Origin: Bacteroidota bacterium
GTDB taxonomy: Bacteria > Bacteroidota > Bacteroidia > NS11-12g > UBA955
Reading direction: 5' to 3'
Assembly: GCA_027488495.1 (NCBI GenBank)
Contig: JAIYBO010000006.1
Coordinates: 1 to 47,216, forward strand
DNA: 47,216 nt
Shown: positions 28,457-38,273 of the stretch, in pieces
How positions within the stretch are numbered: position 1 is the stretch's first letter
Layout of the letters: every line of letters starts with the position of its first letter
Translations under genes and position numbers: made by a program
Notes under the pieces: generated by a model
Told to the model about the DNA's origin: nothing
The model's input: only the letters and a program-made list of their open reading frames with translations
Database searches by the model: none

Positions 28457-28538
28457 TTCACAAAGTTCCAACATCCACACTGAGCAAACAACAAATCAAC
28501 AAGGAAAATACACAACTCTTACACATGGCAAAATCCCT

Positions 28539-29519
28539 ATGCCCAACTCTCTTACCTTTGTTGATGTGAAATTCAAGTGGTTGCCCCTGTTTTTAATCAT
28601 AATTTTGGGATGTATTTGGGGTAGCTCCTTCATCCTCATGAAACGCGGACTAACCGTGTTTACGCCCATTCAAGTGGCCGGAATGAGGCTGGTATTTGCC
28701 GGCATTTTCCTCACCCCTTGGGTATATAGATACTCCATTGGCTCCAAATCATGGACCCAAGAATCCTCATCCCACCAACCCAAAAAACTCCTACAACCCA
28801 TCGATTATTTCTACCTGTTTATGACAGGTTTTGTGGGAAATGCCATCCCCGCATACCTCTTCTCCACCGCTGGAACCCTCATCCCTAGTGGCTTGTCGGG
28901 CATCCTAAACGCCTTTACGCCCATGTTTACCCTAGTCGTGGGCGCCCTCCTTTTCAAAAGCAAACTCACAAAAAATGGTTTTCTCGGCGTAGGTGCCGGT
29001 ATCGTTGGCGCAGTTTTCCTCCTCGGACCTTCGATGCTTGGACAAGCAGGCATGGAAATCCACCTCAACGGCGCACTCATGGCCCTCACCGCGTCATTGC
29101 TTTATGGGTACAACATCAACCTCATCAAAACCAAATTGGCGCACATCCCTCCCATGGCCAAAACCGCCTACCCTTTCGTTTTTATGGGTATGCTCTACGC
29201 CATCGTACTATGGAAAACCCATGCCATCGACAATTATAACAGCCACAACATCACCAGCATAGGCAGCTTCCTGCCCGACAATCAATTCGCACTCATTTGC
29301 CTACTCATCCTCGGCATCGTGGGGTCTGCCATCTCTATGATGTTGTTCAACTACCTCATCGAACACACCACCGCCCTGGTTGCATCCACAAACACCTTCG
29401 TGATCCCAATCGTAGCAGTGGCGTGGGGACTTTTCGATCAAGAACCCATTCGTTGGAACATGATCGTTGGACTGATGCTATCGCTGGTTGGCGTATACCT
29501 GGTGATGAAAAAAGAATAA
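28539..29519 (+). CDS. DMT-superfamily (EamA-like) transporter
   Basis: About 10 hydrophobic segments arranged as two EamA-type halves. The N-terminal CIWGSSFILMKRGL block is typical of the family. Confidence 0.7.
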   Translation: MPNSLTFVDVKFKWLPLFLIIILGCIWGSSFILMKRGLTVFTPIQVAGMRLVFAGIFLTPWVYRYSIGSKSWTQESSSHQPKKLLQPIDYFYLFMTGFVGNAIPAYLFSTAGTLIPSGLSGILNAFTPMFTLVVGALLFKSKLTKNGFLGVGAGIVGAVFLLGPSMLGQAGMEIHLNGALMALTASLLYGYNINLIKTKLAHIPPMAKTAYPFVFMGMLYAIVLWKTHAIDNYNSHNITSIGSFLPDNQFALICLLILGIVGSAISMMLFNYLIEHTTALVASTNTFVIPIVAVAWGLFDQEPIRWNMIVGLMLSLVGVYLVMKKE

Positions 29520-29576
29520 CCCCACAAACGGCTTTCTATAAAGGCCATCCCCATAATCAATCTCCTTCCCTTATTC

Positions 29577-29584
29577 TATATTTG
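29577..29584 (+). promoter_or_regulatory. Bacteroidota -7 box (TATATTTG)
   Basis: Exact TAnnTTTG match, with 14 nt between the motif and the ATG at 29599. Confidence 0.4.
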
Positions 29585-29598
29585 TATCAATAAACACC

Positions 29599-31134
29599 AT
29601 GAACATCCAAACCATTTTGGCAGATTTAGGCATTGGCAATACACTCGCAGCAGCCAGCACAGGTACTCAGTGGATCCATTTGCAAACAGCAACAACACGG
29701 AGCATCTCCTCCCCCGTTGACGGTAAAACAATCACCGAAGTTCAATTGGCAGATAGCCAAACATACAACCAAGTGGTTGACATTGCCGCTGAGGCTTTCA
29801 AAACTTGGCGACATACTCCCGCTCCAAAACGCGGAGAAATTGTGAGGCAAATTGGCGATGCACTGCGCGTTCACAAAGCCAACCTCGGCGCCCTCGTGAG
29901 CTACGAAATGGGAAAAAGCCTCCAAGAAGGCCTCGGCGAAGTACAAGAAATGATCGATATCTGCGATTTTGCCGTTGGATTGAGTCGTCAATTGCACGGG
30001 CTAACCATGCACTCAGAACGCCCCAACCACAGAATGTATGAGCAATGGCACCCCCTGGGTGTAGTGGGTATTATCAGTGCATTCAATTTCCCCGTGGCAG
30101 TTTGGTCATGGAATGCCATGCTCGCAGCCATCTGCGGTAATACTTGCATCTGGAAACCGTCAGAAAAAACACCAGCCAGCGCAGCAGCAGTGCAAAACAT
30201 CATCCAATCTGTTCTCAAAAACAACCACCTTCCCGAAGGCATATTTTGTTTGGTACAAGGCGATCGCGAAATCGGTGAAGCCATGAGCCACGACCCGCGC
30301 GTTCCCCTCATCAGCGCCACAGGCAGCACAAGAATGGGAAAAAGAGTGGCGGAAGTGGTTGGACAAAGACTGGGCAAATCCATCCTCGAACTGGGTGGCA
30401 ACAACGCCATCATCCTCACACCCGAAGCCAACCTAGAAATGGCCATGGTAGCCATCGTATTTGGCGCTGTGGGTACGGCAGGACAGCGATGCACCACCAC
30501 CCGAAGACTCATCATTCACGAGAGCATCTATGAAACCGTAAAATCCAAATTGGTTTCAGTATACGCCCAATTGCGCATCGGCAATCCCCTAGATGAAAAC
30601 AACCATGTGGGACCATTGATCGACCATGATGCAGTGAACGCCTACTCTGAAGCCATCGAAAAACTCGAAGCCGAAGGAGGTCAAGTTCTTTGCGGTGCAG
30701 AAGTCCTATCGGGCGATCAATACAGCAGCGGTTGTTATGTAAAACCCACAATTTGCGAGGCACAAAATCATTTCGAAATCGTTCAACACGAAACCTTTGC
30801 ACCCATACTCTATTTGATGAAATACAAGGACCTCGATGAAGCCATCGAACTACAAAACGGGGTAAAACAAGGTCTCTCTAGCGCCATATTCACCAACAAC
30901 CTTCAAGAAGCGGAACAATTCCTCAGCGCTTGGGGATCCGATTGTGGTATCGCCAACGTAAACATCGGTACTTCCGGTGCAGAAATTGGGGGCGCTTTCG
31001 GTGGTGAAAAAGAAACTGGCGGCGGCAGAGAAAGTGGATCAGACGCATGGAAAGCCTATATGCGCAGACAAACCAATACCATCAACTACGGCAAATCATT
31101 GCCACTAGCCCAAGGCATTCGCTTCGATTTGTAA
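29599..31134 (+). CDS. Aldehyde dehydrogenase, ALDH7 / piperideine-6-carboxylate (aminoadipate-semialdehyde) dehydrogenase-like
   Basis: [12 protein letters not shown], the catalytic Cys block [17 protein letters not shown], and ETFAPILY. Confidence 0.8.
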   Translation: MNIQTILADLGIGNTLAAASTGTQWIHLQTATTRSISSPVDGKTITEVQLADSQTYNQVVDIAAEAFKTWRHTPAPKRGEIVRQIGDALRVHKANLGALVSYEMGKSLQEGLGEVQEMIDICDFAVGLSRQLHGLTMHSERPNHRMYEQWHPLGVVGIISAFNFPVAVWSWNAMLAAICGNTCIWKPSEKTPASAAAVQNIIQSVLKNNHLPEGIFCLVQGDREIGEAMSHDPRVPLISATGSTRMGKRVAEVVGQRLGKSILELGGNNAIILTPEANLEMAMVAIVFGAVGTAGQRCTTTRRLIIHESIYETVKSKLVSVYAQLRIGNPLDENNHVGPLIDHDAVNAYSEAIEKLEAEGGQVLCGAEVLSGDQYSSGCYVKPTICEAQNHFEIVQHETFAPILYLMKYKDLDEAIELQNGVKQGLSSAIFTNNLQEAEQFLSAWGSDCGIANVNIGTSGAEIGGAFGGEKETGGGRESGSDAWKAYMRRQTNTINYGKSLPLAQGIRFDL

Positions 31135-31193
31135 TCTATAATCTTTGAATTCCTAGCCATCCTTTGTCTACCAACGGACAAACGATCATAAAC

Positions 31194-31231
31194 AAAAAGC
31201 CCGCCCTGTAAAAGATAGGGCGGGCTTTTTT
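31194..31231. terminator. Bidirectional rho-independent terminator between convergent genes
   Basis: Perfect 10-bp stem agcccgccct (31198-31207) / agggcgggct (31217-31226) with a 9-nt loop, flanked by aaaa on the left and ttttt on the right. It lies 60 nt after the ALDH stop and 38 nt after the bamA stop. Confidence 0.8.
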
Positions 31232-31268
31232 ATTGCACCCAAACAATGGGTGAAAAATATCGCAATGC

Positions 31269-33845
31269 TTAAAACTGCTGTCCGATAAAGAAATGCACCT
31301 GCGTGGGCTTGCCGCTGGCAGGAACCTGCTTGTAATCAAATCCATACGCCCAATCCAAACCAATCAAACCAAACATCGGCATAAACAAACGAATGCCCAC
31401 ACCCGCCGCACGCTTCAATTGAAAAGGATTGTACTTGTCCATTGAAGACCAAGCATCACCCGCCTCCGCAAATCCCAAAACATACACAGTGGCCGCCTGA
31501 CCGGTCGTAATCGCCTGACGCAATTCCACAGTAAACTTATTAAATATCGGAGCACCAGCTTGAGCTCCCATCGCAGTAGCACTCACCGTGTAGTTGTCGT
31601 ATCCACGTTGAGAAATGATCTCAGTAGCAGCAATGTTGAACCCAAATACACCCGCACCACCCACTTGGAAACGCTCAAAAAAGGTCAATCCCAAATCCGG
31701 ATTGTAATAACCCAAGAATCCCACACGTGCCTTGGCCATCAAAACCAACTTCTTATAAACCGGCGTGTACCACTCAGCATCCAATTTCCACTTGTGATAT
31801 TCTGCCCACTTGTACTTGTCGTTCAAAGTCATCTCGCTGTAGTTTTTGTTTGATAACAACGACAATGGCGGTGTGGCTTGAACCTGGAAAGTGAAGTTGC
31901 TTCCCGATGTTGGATAAGTGGGGTCGCTGATAGAATTTCTTGTCAACACAACCTGCGCAGTGGGGTTGTAAGAGATCCCATTGAAACCCTTGGGAAATCC
32001 ATAAAATCCACCGTCCATGTTCTGCATGCGATACTGATTGAAACTAAATCCATATTGCAAATTGAAGAAGTCATCTGGCCACTTCAAACGATTTCCATAG
32101 TTTACAGAAATACCAGTATTGTAAAACACCTGACGCAAAGGATCCGTTTTCTGCCTAAAATCAAAGCTATTCACCGTATGAAAAATACTCATACTAAAGG
32201 TGTTCGGCTTCTTCCCGCCAAACCAAGGTTCAGTAAATGAAAATGTATATCCCTGATAGTTTGCTCCGTTACTCTGTGCCCGCAAACCCAATTTTTGACC
32301 ATCGCCAGTGGGTACCGGACTCCATTTTTCGGGATGAAACAACTTCTTTCTACTGAAATTGTTCAAAGTAATACCCGCAGTACCAATCAACGTAGGGGTT
32401 GTACTGAATCCGTTTCCACCCCAACCACCACTCAATTCAATCTGATCCGATGGTTTTTCAACCAACGTGTAATCAATATCCACCGAACCATCCTCTGGAT
32501 TGGGTTTCGGATTCACACCCAATTGCTCGGGATCAAACAAGCCCAACGCACCCAAATCACGCATCGTACGCTGAATGTCGCTCCTCGAAAACACATCGCC
32601 CGGTTTGGTACGAATCTCACGTTGAATAACTCGGTCCGACGTTTTGGTATTCCCACTCCAACGCACCTGGCCAATCGTAGCGCGCGTGCCCTCGCTGATC
32701 CGGATCTCCAAATCAATGCTGTCGTTCACAACACCCACCTCAACAGGCATCATGTTGAAAAACAAATATCCATCGTCCATGTACAAACCCTGAATATCAA
32801 AGCCACCTGGATTGCTGAAAAGTCTTTCCGTCAACAAACTTTGATTAAAGATATCGCCCCGCTTCAAGCCCAAAATGGTATCCAATGTGCCATTCCGGAA
32901 CTTCAAATTCCCCTTCCATGTGATGTTTCTGTATCGATATTGCTGACCCTCAAACAAACGAATGTGAACCACTATCCGATTCTCTGAAATCAATTGAACA
33001 CTGTCCGAAATAATCCGCGCATCCCTGTAACCCTTGCTCAAATAATGATTGATCAAATTCTCCCTCTCCTCAGCAAATTTTGATTCGATATACTTCGAAC
33101 TCTGCCAAATTTGCCACTTCTTTTCCTTTCTCTTTAGCTTCTTGATCTTTGTTCGCAACAACTCATCCGTAAACTCTGAATTCCCCACAAAAACAATGTC
33201 CTGAACCTTCACCTTCGCGCCTTTTTGAATGTCGAAGTCGAAGTTCTCGTATCCCGCAAGCACAATCACACTGTCTTTGGCATCTCTCTTGGTGGCCTGA
33301 CTGCGAATCACATCCACAGCAACATTGTAATACCCCTTTTCTTGATAATACTTAACAACTTTCTCTTTGCTAATATTGATCAAATTGGGCGTAATATACA
33401 TGCCCTTGCGCAAACCCACTTCTTCTTTCAATGTCTTCTGCTGCGCGTTGGTCAAATTTCTGAATCGATGCCCGTTGAGTCGCGGTTGCTCCTGCACACG
33501 AAATTGCACCACCACCTGGCCCTCATCCGTGGGTTGAAAATACACCTGGATGTCGCTGAAATACTCCTGCTTCCATAAGTTTTCAATGGCCTTGGAAATT
33601 TCTCTGCCAGGCACCTTAACCTTCTGCCCAATCGATAAACCCGAATAGAATACCACCTGAGATTTGAGAATGGGCTTGCCGTTCACCTCCGTAACCAAAA
33701 TGTTTTTGATGGTATACTCCGCAGGCTCCACAAAATCGTAATTCACCATGGGCGCCTTACGATAAAAACTATCCGCGGCTGTCCCTTGGGCAAAAAGGCC
33801 ATTCACAAGCCATCCGGCCAATGCTATGATGATAAAACGTTTCAA
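31269..33845 (-). CDS. bamA: Outer membrane protein assembly factor BamA
   Basis: 858 aa with a signal peptide, repeated POTRA-like modules and a C-terminal barrel ending VHFFIGQQF. It lies immediately downstream of uppS, as is usual in Bacteroidota. Confidence 0.9.
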   Translation of the reverse strand: MKRFIIIALAGWLVNGLFAQGTAADSFYRKAPMVNYDFVEPAEYTIKNILVTEVNGKPILKSQVVFYSGLSIGQKVKVPGREISKAIENLWKQEYFSDIQVYFQPTDEGQVVVQFRVQEQPRLNGHRFRNLTNAQQKTLKEEVGLRKGMYITPNLINISKEKVVKYYQEKGYYNVAVDVIRSQATKRDAKDSVIVLAGYENFDFDIQKGAKVKVQDIVFVGNSEFTDELLRTKIKKLKRKEKKWQIWQSSKYIESKFAEERENLINHYLSKGYRDARIISDSVQLISENRIVVHIRLFEGQQYRYRNITWKGNLKFRNGTLDTILGLKRGDIFNQSLLTERLFSNPGGFDIQGLYMDDGYLFFNMMPVEVGVVNDSIDLEIRISEGTRATIGQVRWSGNTKTSDRVIQREIRTKPGDVFSRSDIQRTMRDLGALGLFDPEQLGVNPKPNPEDGSVDIDYTLVEKPSDQIELSGGWGGNGFSTTPTLIGTAGITLNNFSRKKLFHPEKWSPVPTGDGQKLGLRAQSNGANYQGYTFSFTEPWFGGKKPNTFSMSIFHTVNSFDFRQKTDPLRQVFYNTGISVNYGNRLKWPDDFFNLQYGFSFNQYRMQNMDGGFYGFPKGFNGISYNPTAQVVLTRNSISDPTYPTSGSNFTFQVQATPPLSLLSNKNYSEMTLNDKYKWAEYHKWKLDAEWYTPVYKKLVLMAKARVGFLGYYNPDLGLTFFERFQVGGAGVFGFNIAATEIISQRGYDNYTVSATAMGAQAGAPIFNKFTVELRQAITTGQAATVYVLGFAEAGDAWSSMDKYNPFQLKRAAGVGIRLFMPMFGLIGLDWAYGFDYKQVPASGKPTQVHFFIGQQF

Positions 33846-33848
33846 TTC

Positions 33849-34598
33849 TTATGCAATTTGCTCACTAGTTTTGCCAAATCGGCGCTCGCGACCCTGATAT
33901 TCGACGATTGCTCGATAAAAATCGTCTTTGGAAAAATCAGGCCACAATACTGGGGTGAAATATAACTCGCTGTAGGCAATTTCCCACATCAAAAAATTAC
34001 TAATTCTCTGTTCTCCGCTGCTCCTAATCAATAAATCTGGGTGCGGATACGCTGCTGTACTCAATGCGTCCGAAATCATGTCCTCCGTAATCGCATTGGG
34101 CTCAATCACACCGTCTTTAACCGATTGTGCCAAAGATTTTACCGCCTCCGCAATGTCCCATCTGCCGCTATAACTCAAGGCCAAAATCAACGTCAATTGG
34201 TCGTTGCCCGCCGTCTTTTCCTTTGTTTTTCGCAATTGTGCCTGGCATTTTTCCGGCAACTGGGCGATGTTTCCTATGGTCTCCAAACGAATCCCATTCT
34301 TCATCAATGTGGGTAGCTCATCCTCTATCGTACTCACCAACAATTCCATCAGCGCATTCACCTCCTGCTGGGGTCGCGTCCAATTCTCCGTAGAGAAAGC
34401 ATACATCGTCAGATATTTCACACCCAACTCCGCACCCGACTCAATGGCAGCACGAACTGCCTTCACACCATGGCGATGCCCAAAAATTCGCATATGACCC
34501 TTTTGCTTCGCCCATCTACCATTTCCATCCATGATGATGGCTACGTGCTTGGGAACACGCGCCGAATCAATCTGATATTGTGAAATTCTCTCTGTCAA
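33849..34598 (-). CDS. uppS: Isoprenyl transferase (undecaprenyl-diphosphate synthase)
   Basis: HVAIIMDGNGRWA, AFSTENW and LIRSSGEQRISNFLMWEIAYSELYF. Confidence 0.95.
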   Translation of the reverse strand: MTERISQYQIDSARVPKHVAIIMDGNGRWAKQKGHMRIFGHRHGVKAVRAAIESGAELGVKYLTMYAFSTENWTRPQQEVNALMELLVSTIEDELPTLMKNGIRLETIGNIAQLPEKCQAQLRKTKEKTAGNDQLTLILALSYSGRWDIAEAVKSLAQSVKDGVIEPNAITEDMISDALSTAAYPHPDLLIRSSGEQRISNFLMWEIAYSELYFTPVLWPDFSKDDFYRAIVEYQGRERRFGKTSEQIA

Positions 34599-34610
34599 AG
34601 CCCTGCAAAT

Positions 34611-35447
34611 TTACCTACAAACTTGCGGAGTAAACCTATATGAAAAGGTCAATCCCGCAAAATAATACCAATCCTTCAAATGCGTGTCGCCACGCATGGT
34701 TCCTTTGTCTACAACCGCACCCCCAGTTAAAACCTGTGACTGTGCCCAATCTGCCGCACCAACCCCCTGCTGTTCCTTGATGGTTTTATAATCCCCGTAC
34801 GATTTGTACGTATCGTCCAAATAATCCGTGAAAGTCTTTCGAAAAATCACCTCCGCACCAACAATCCACCCCCCCGCATGCTGCCGGTTGCTCGCCATCG
34901 TCTTTACACCAAAACCAATCGGAATAGATGGTTGAATTTGGCTATACCTCGATGCTTGTTGCTCGGTTTTCAAATCACGCAAGTTTACCTCCTCCTTGTC
35001 TAACCGGTGTGGATCAAACCAAAATCCGCCCAAACCCAATAAAAAATATGGCGTGGCAATCCCGTCATTGATGTTCGTGCCAAATGGATGAAAATTGAAT
35101 TCTACCATACTCGCCGCTTCAATCACCTGCGTTTGAAAATTGATATTCTGAAACTGCAATCCCACCACATCATCCGAGGTGCCCTGAATCTGTAAAAAGG
35201 ATACCTGATTGCGCAATCCAAAATAACTGCTGAAATTATACTTCTGATAAACACACCCCGAAGGCTTGAAATGTTTGGTGTTTAACCCCTTACTGAAATC
35301 GCCGTAATAATTGCTCATGCCCAAACCAAAACCCCACTCATTGCGACCAGAAAAATACTTCTGCGCAACAACGGTCGACGGCATGATAACCATCGCAATG
35401 GACAAAACAACCCCAGCGAGTTTATTCAAAATTAAAACTGGAAACAA
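34611..35447 (-). CDS. Outer-membrane beta-barrel protein, DUF6089-like (paralogue B)
   Basis: GLGMSNYYGDFS, SIPIGFGVK and FRKTFTDYLDD blocks are shared with the upstream paralogue. The maximal ORF starts at TTG 35447 and overlaps the upstream gene by 16 nt. TTG 35429 gives MNKLAGVVLSIAMVIMPSTVVAQ with no overlap and looks better. Confidence 0.6.
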   Translation of the reverse strand: MFPVLILNKLAGVVLSIAMVIMPSTVVAQKYFSGRNEWGFGLGMSNYYGDFSKGLNTKHFKPSGCVYQKYNFSSYFGLRNQVSFLQIQGTSDDVVGLQFQNINFQTQVIEAASMVEFNFHPFGTNINDGIATPYFLLGLGGFWFDPHRLDKEEVNLRDLKTEQQASRYSQIQPSIPIGFGVKTMASNRQHAGGWIVGAEVIFRKTFTDYLDDTYKSYGDYKTIKEQQGVGAADWAQSQVLTGGAVVDKGTMRGDTHLKDWYYFAGLTFSYRFTPQVCR

Positions 35448-36418
35448 ACACTTTTACCACCCATGATTTTGCGGGTGATTGTAAAATTCAAAAACATGTA
35501 GTAATCACTGCCCTTCATCGATCCGCGGGGATTGCCCATGTAAAATTTTTCATATGGCAAACCCGTGTTGGGATTGATTTGTTCAGCACTGCGATCCTTC
35601 ATGGCTGCAGCCAAATAACCATTGGCACCCCCAACAATTTGATCATCCACATAATCCATGCTCACATCATCCAAATAATCCGTGAAAGTCTTGCGCATCC
35701 CAAACTCAATGCCGTAAGCCCAGTAATCATCCACCTGCTGTTTAAATCCAACACCCAATGGGATAGATACTTGCGTTAAATTGTATCGCTTGCGATCGTT
35801 AAACTTCGTGGTCTCCTGTCCTTCCGTACTCAAAGTCTGCAACTCAACCCACTGCCCATCGTACTGCTGCAATTGAGGGTTGTGAACCAAAGCACCAGTC
35901 GCATCCCTCAACCCATCGATGTAATTGAATTGCGACATCGGATTGAACTTAAACACACCAATACCTGCAAACAAAAACGGTGTATAAGGGCGGGTTCTTG
36001 TTGACTCCTCAAATCCCAATAAATTCCATTCTCCAATGGCGCTGAATTCAACTATATTACTTCGGAAATTCAAGTTTCTCTGTCCGCGTGTGATATTCAC
36101 CGGATTGTCAGCAGCGTCTTTGTGGGTAAATGCAACCACATCCTTGAAATTTTGATCGTCACCACTGATTTGACCGAAGACTGCGTTACCACGCAAAGTC
36201 AAAAAATCGTTGTAATGAAATCTACAAATCAATCCACCCATCAAATGCGTTTCATTCAATGCAATGCCCTGAGCCAAATCACCCATGTAATTAGACCCCC
36301 CAAAAGTTAAACCCGCTTCAATGGGTTTACCCTTAAACTTCTTCTTTGCTTGGGCATTTAAAGATGCAACGCAACCCAAAGCAATGATGGCAAACAAAGT
36401 GATTTTAACGTGTTTCAT
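35432..36418 (-). CDS. Outer-membrane beta-barrel protein, DUF6089-like (paralogue A)
   Basis: Signal peptide MKHVKITLFAIIALGCVASLNAQA, plus GGSNYMGDLA, SIPLGVGFK and MRKTFTDYLDD. It sits at the head of the uppS-bamA operon. Confidence 0.6.
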   Translation of the reverse strand: MKHVKITLFAIIALGCVASLNAQAKKKFKGKPIEAGLTFGGSNYMGDLAQGIALNETHLMGGLICRFHYNDFLTLRGNAVFGQISGDDQNFKDVVAFTHKDAADNPVNITRGQRNLNFRSNIVEFSAIGEWNLLGFEESTRTRPYTPFLFAGIGVFKFNPMSQFNYIDGLRDATGALVHNPQLQQYDGQWVELQTLSTEGQETTKFNDRKRYNLTQVSIPLGVGFKQQVDDYWAYGIEFGMRKTFTDYLDDVSMDYVDDQIVGGANGYLAAAMKDRSAEQINPNTGLPYEKFYMGNPRGSMKGSDYYMFLNFTITRKIMGGKSVCFQF

Positions 36419-36434
36419 GAATGCAGTTTAATAG

Positions 36435-36442
36435 CAAATTTA
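36435..36442 (-). promoter_or_regulatory. Bacteroidota -7 box (TAAATTTG on the minus strand)
   Basis: The plus strand reads caaattta. There are 16 nt between the motif and the ATG at 36418. Confidence 0.4.
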
Positions 36443-36542
36443 AGCGGTAAACCTTGCTTTTCCTAAAAATGCAAAATTCACTGTCCGAATTCTAACGAAT
36501 TCCCGACAAACGCACGACCTTAACGCATAGAAATCAACACTT

Positions 36543-37340
36543 TCACTCCTGACTTTCAGTCAGATAATAGACCCCCATTGTGAGGAAATTCCTCAATATC
36601 GGAATACTGGCCAAAACCGACCATTGTGTGCGTGGTTTGATGCCAAACTTATACTCGTAAATGGGGTTGAATAAATAAAACTTCTTCGCCGAAACACCAA
36701 ATTTCGAGGCCTTACAAACCCTTAAAAATCGCTCAATACTGATTCCCGTACTGCGAATTTCTTCCATGGTTTTGATTCCGTTCGATTGTACCCCCAACAT
36801 CTTCAGTGCCATCGGGTACAGTGCACCCGGCAACAGATGATAATAAGGCGTTTTTGATGCCCACTTTTGTGGCAAAACCTGCTGATGCCCACCGTATGGC
36901 ATCTGCCATGGTGGAAAAGCAAAAAACACCTTACCACCCGGTTTCAAAAAACGATGCAATTGTGGCATGAACTTGCCCTGATTCGGAATGTGCTCAATCA
37001 CATCCTTCAAAATGATCAAATCAAACTTACTGCCCAAATCCACTTCAGGCACAACATCGTAAATGTCTTTATTCAAAAATTGTACAACGCCGCGGTCCAG
37101 CTCCTCTTTCATAAATTCTCTGGCAAATTCAAGCCTACTCTCCTCCAATTCAATCCCTGTGCAATCGTAACCCAATTCAGTAAACGCTTTCAATACCCCC
37201 GCCTCGCCACAGCCAATCTCCAACACCTTCATGTTGGCAGGAAAAGTCCAAGATTGCTGTAAAAATGGGATAATATGACCCACGGTCACACGATATGTCA
37301 TATCAAAATACCTTCTCTTGTCTCCGTGAAATTCGTACAT
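36543..37340 (-). CDS. Class I SAM-dependent methyltransferase
   Basis: Motif I VLEIGCGEAGVL, an acidic residue after strand 2 (GIELEE), and motif post-II FDLIILKDVIEHI. Confidence 0.75.
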   Translation of the reverse strand: MYEFHGDKRRYFDMTYRVTVGHIIPFLQQSWTFPANMKVLEIGCGEAGVLKAFTELGYDCTGIELEESRLEFAREFMKEELDRGVVQFLNKDIYDVVPEVDLGSKFDLIILKDVIEHIPNQGKFMPQLHRFLKPGGKVFFAFPPWQMPYGGHQQVLPQKWASKTPYYHLLPGALYPMALKMLGVQSNGIKTMEEIRSTGISIERFLRVCKASKFGVSAKKFYLFNPIYEYKFGIKPRTQWSVLASIPILRNFLTMGVYYLTESQE

Positions 37341-37466
37341 CTCTGTTCAGATTCGATTAAAATTCAAATATGCAGCAAGTTTTCCAAATTCAACGGAAAA
37401 TTATACCCATTCATAGCCATTGTTAACACCCATATTCAGGAAATCCTATCAGAAATGTATATTTGA

Positions 37467-38261
37467 ATGATGCAAAAAAATCCAGTGTATATCGTTGCCA
37501 GTATGTTGTTTTTTATCACTGCCTGTGGCAGTCTATCTAACATCAATCTCAACAACATACAAATCCCCAATACAGATGCATACAAATTACCCGAACCCGC
37601 ATTGAGTCAAACTGAAGCCGCTTCAGGACTCAAAGAAGCGCTCATCAATGGCGCATCCACCGGTACGCAAAGCCTTCAAAAAGTGGGAGGATTTTCACAA
37701 AATGCCGTTTACCGAATCCTGCTTCCACCAGAAATTCAATCCCTGGAACAGAAAATTCGCAACAACGCCCTGCTCAATGCCGCCGTTGGCAAAGAACTCG
37801 ACAAAACCATCGCCGCAATGAATCAAGGTGCCGAACTCGCTGCTGCAAAAGCATTCCCCATTTTCAAAAATGCCATTCAGCAAATGAGCTTCTCCGATGC
37901 ACTAAAAATCCTTACCGGTGGAAACGGTGCCGCTACCCAATTTCTCAAAACCAATACCAGCAACCAACTCACCGCCGCGTTTCAACCCGAAATAAAAACA
38001 GCCCTGGAATCGGTATCCATCTATCAGTATTGGAACCCCATAGTATCCACCATCAACAAAAACAAAAAAATTCTCGGACTAACCGCAGATGTTCAGCCCA
38101 ACCTAGAAAGCTATGTCACAGAAAAAGCCATTGTTGCTATATTCAGTGAAGTAGAAATTCAGGAAAATCTCATCCGCAAAGACCCCATCAAACGCAGCAC
38201 AGAGCTTTTGAAAAAGGTATTCAATTACGCCGATAACAACAGCAACGAAACCAAGCCGTAA
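37467..38261 (+). CDS. DUF4197-like lipoprotein
   Basis: Lipobox FITACG. The blocks AASGLKEALINGASTG, YRILLPPEI, MNQGAELAAAKAFPIFKNAIQQMSFSDALKILTGGNGAATQFLK match my recollection of DUF4197. Confidence 0.55.
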   Translation: MMQKNPVYIVASMLFFITACGSLSNINLNNIQIPNTDAYKLPEPALSQTEAASGLKEALINGASTGTQSLQKVGGFSQNAVYRILLPPEIQSLEQKIRNNALLNAAVGKELDKTIAAMNQGAELAAAKAFPIFKNAIQQMSFSDALKILTGGNGAATQFLKTNTSNQLTAAFQPEIKTALESVSIYQYWNPIVSTINKNKKILGLTADVQPNLESYVTEKAIVAIFSEVEIQENLIRKDPIKRSTELLKKVFNYADNNSNETKP

Positions 38262-38273
38262 ACCAAAACAATT

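Noticed and set aside
36485-36502. cgaattc occurs twice 10 bp apart (two EcoRI-type palindromes), and the copies could pair as a 6-bp hairpin downstream of the methyltransferase gene.
   Set aside because: The stem is short and AT-rich with no U-tract. Such a short repeat could easily arise by chance in an AT-rich spacer.
37458-37465. A TATATTTG -7-box match immediately before the DUF4197 gene.
   Set aside because: Only 1 nt separates the motif from the ATG at 37467, so a transcript initiated from it would start inside the coding sequence. Either it is not the promoter or the true start codon lies further downstream. I cannot decide from the sequence.
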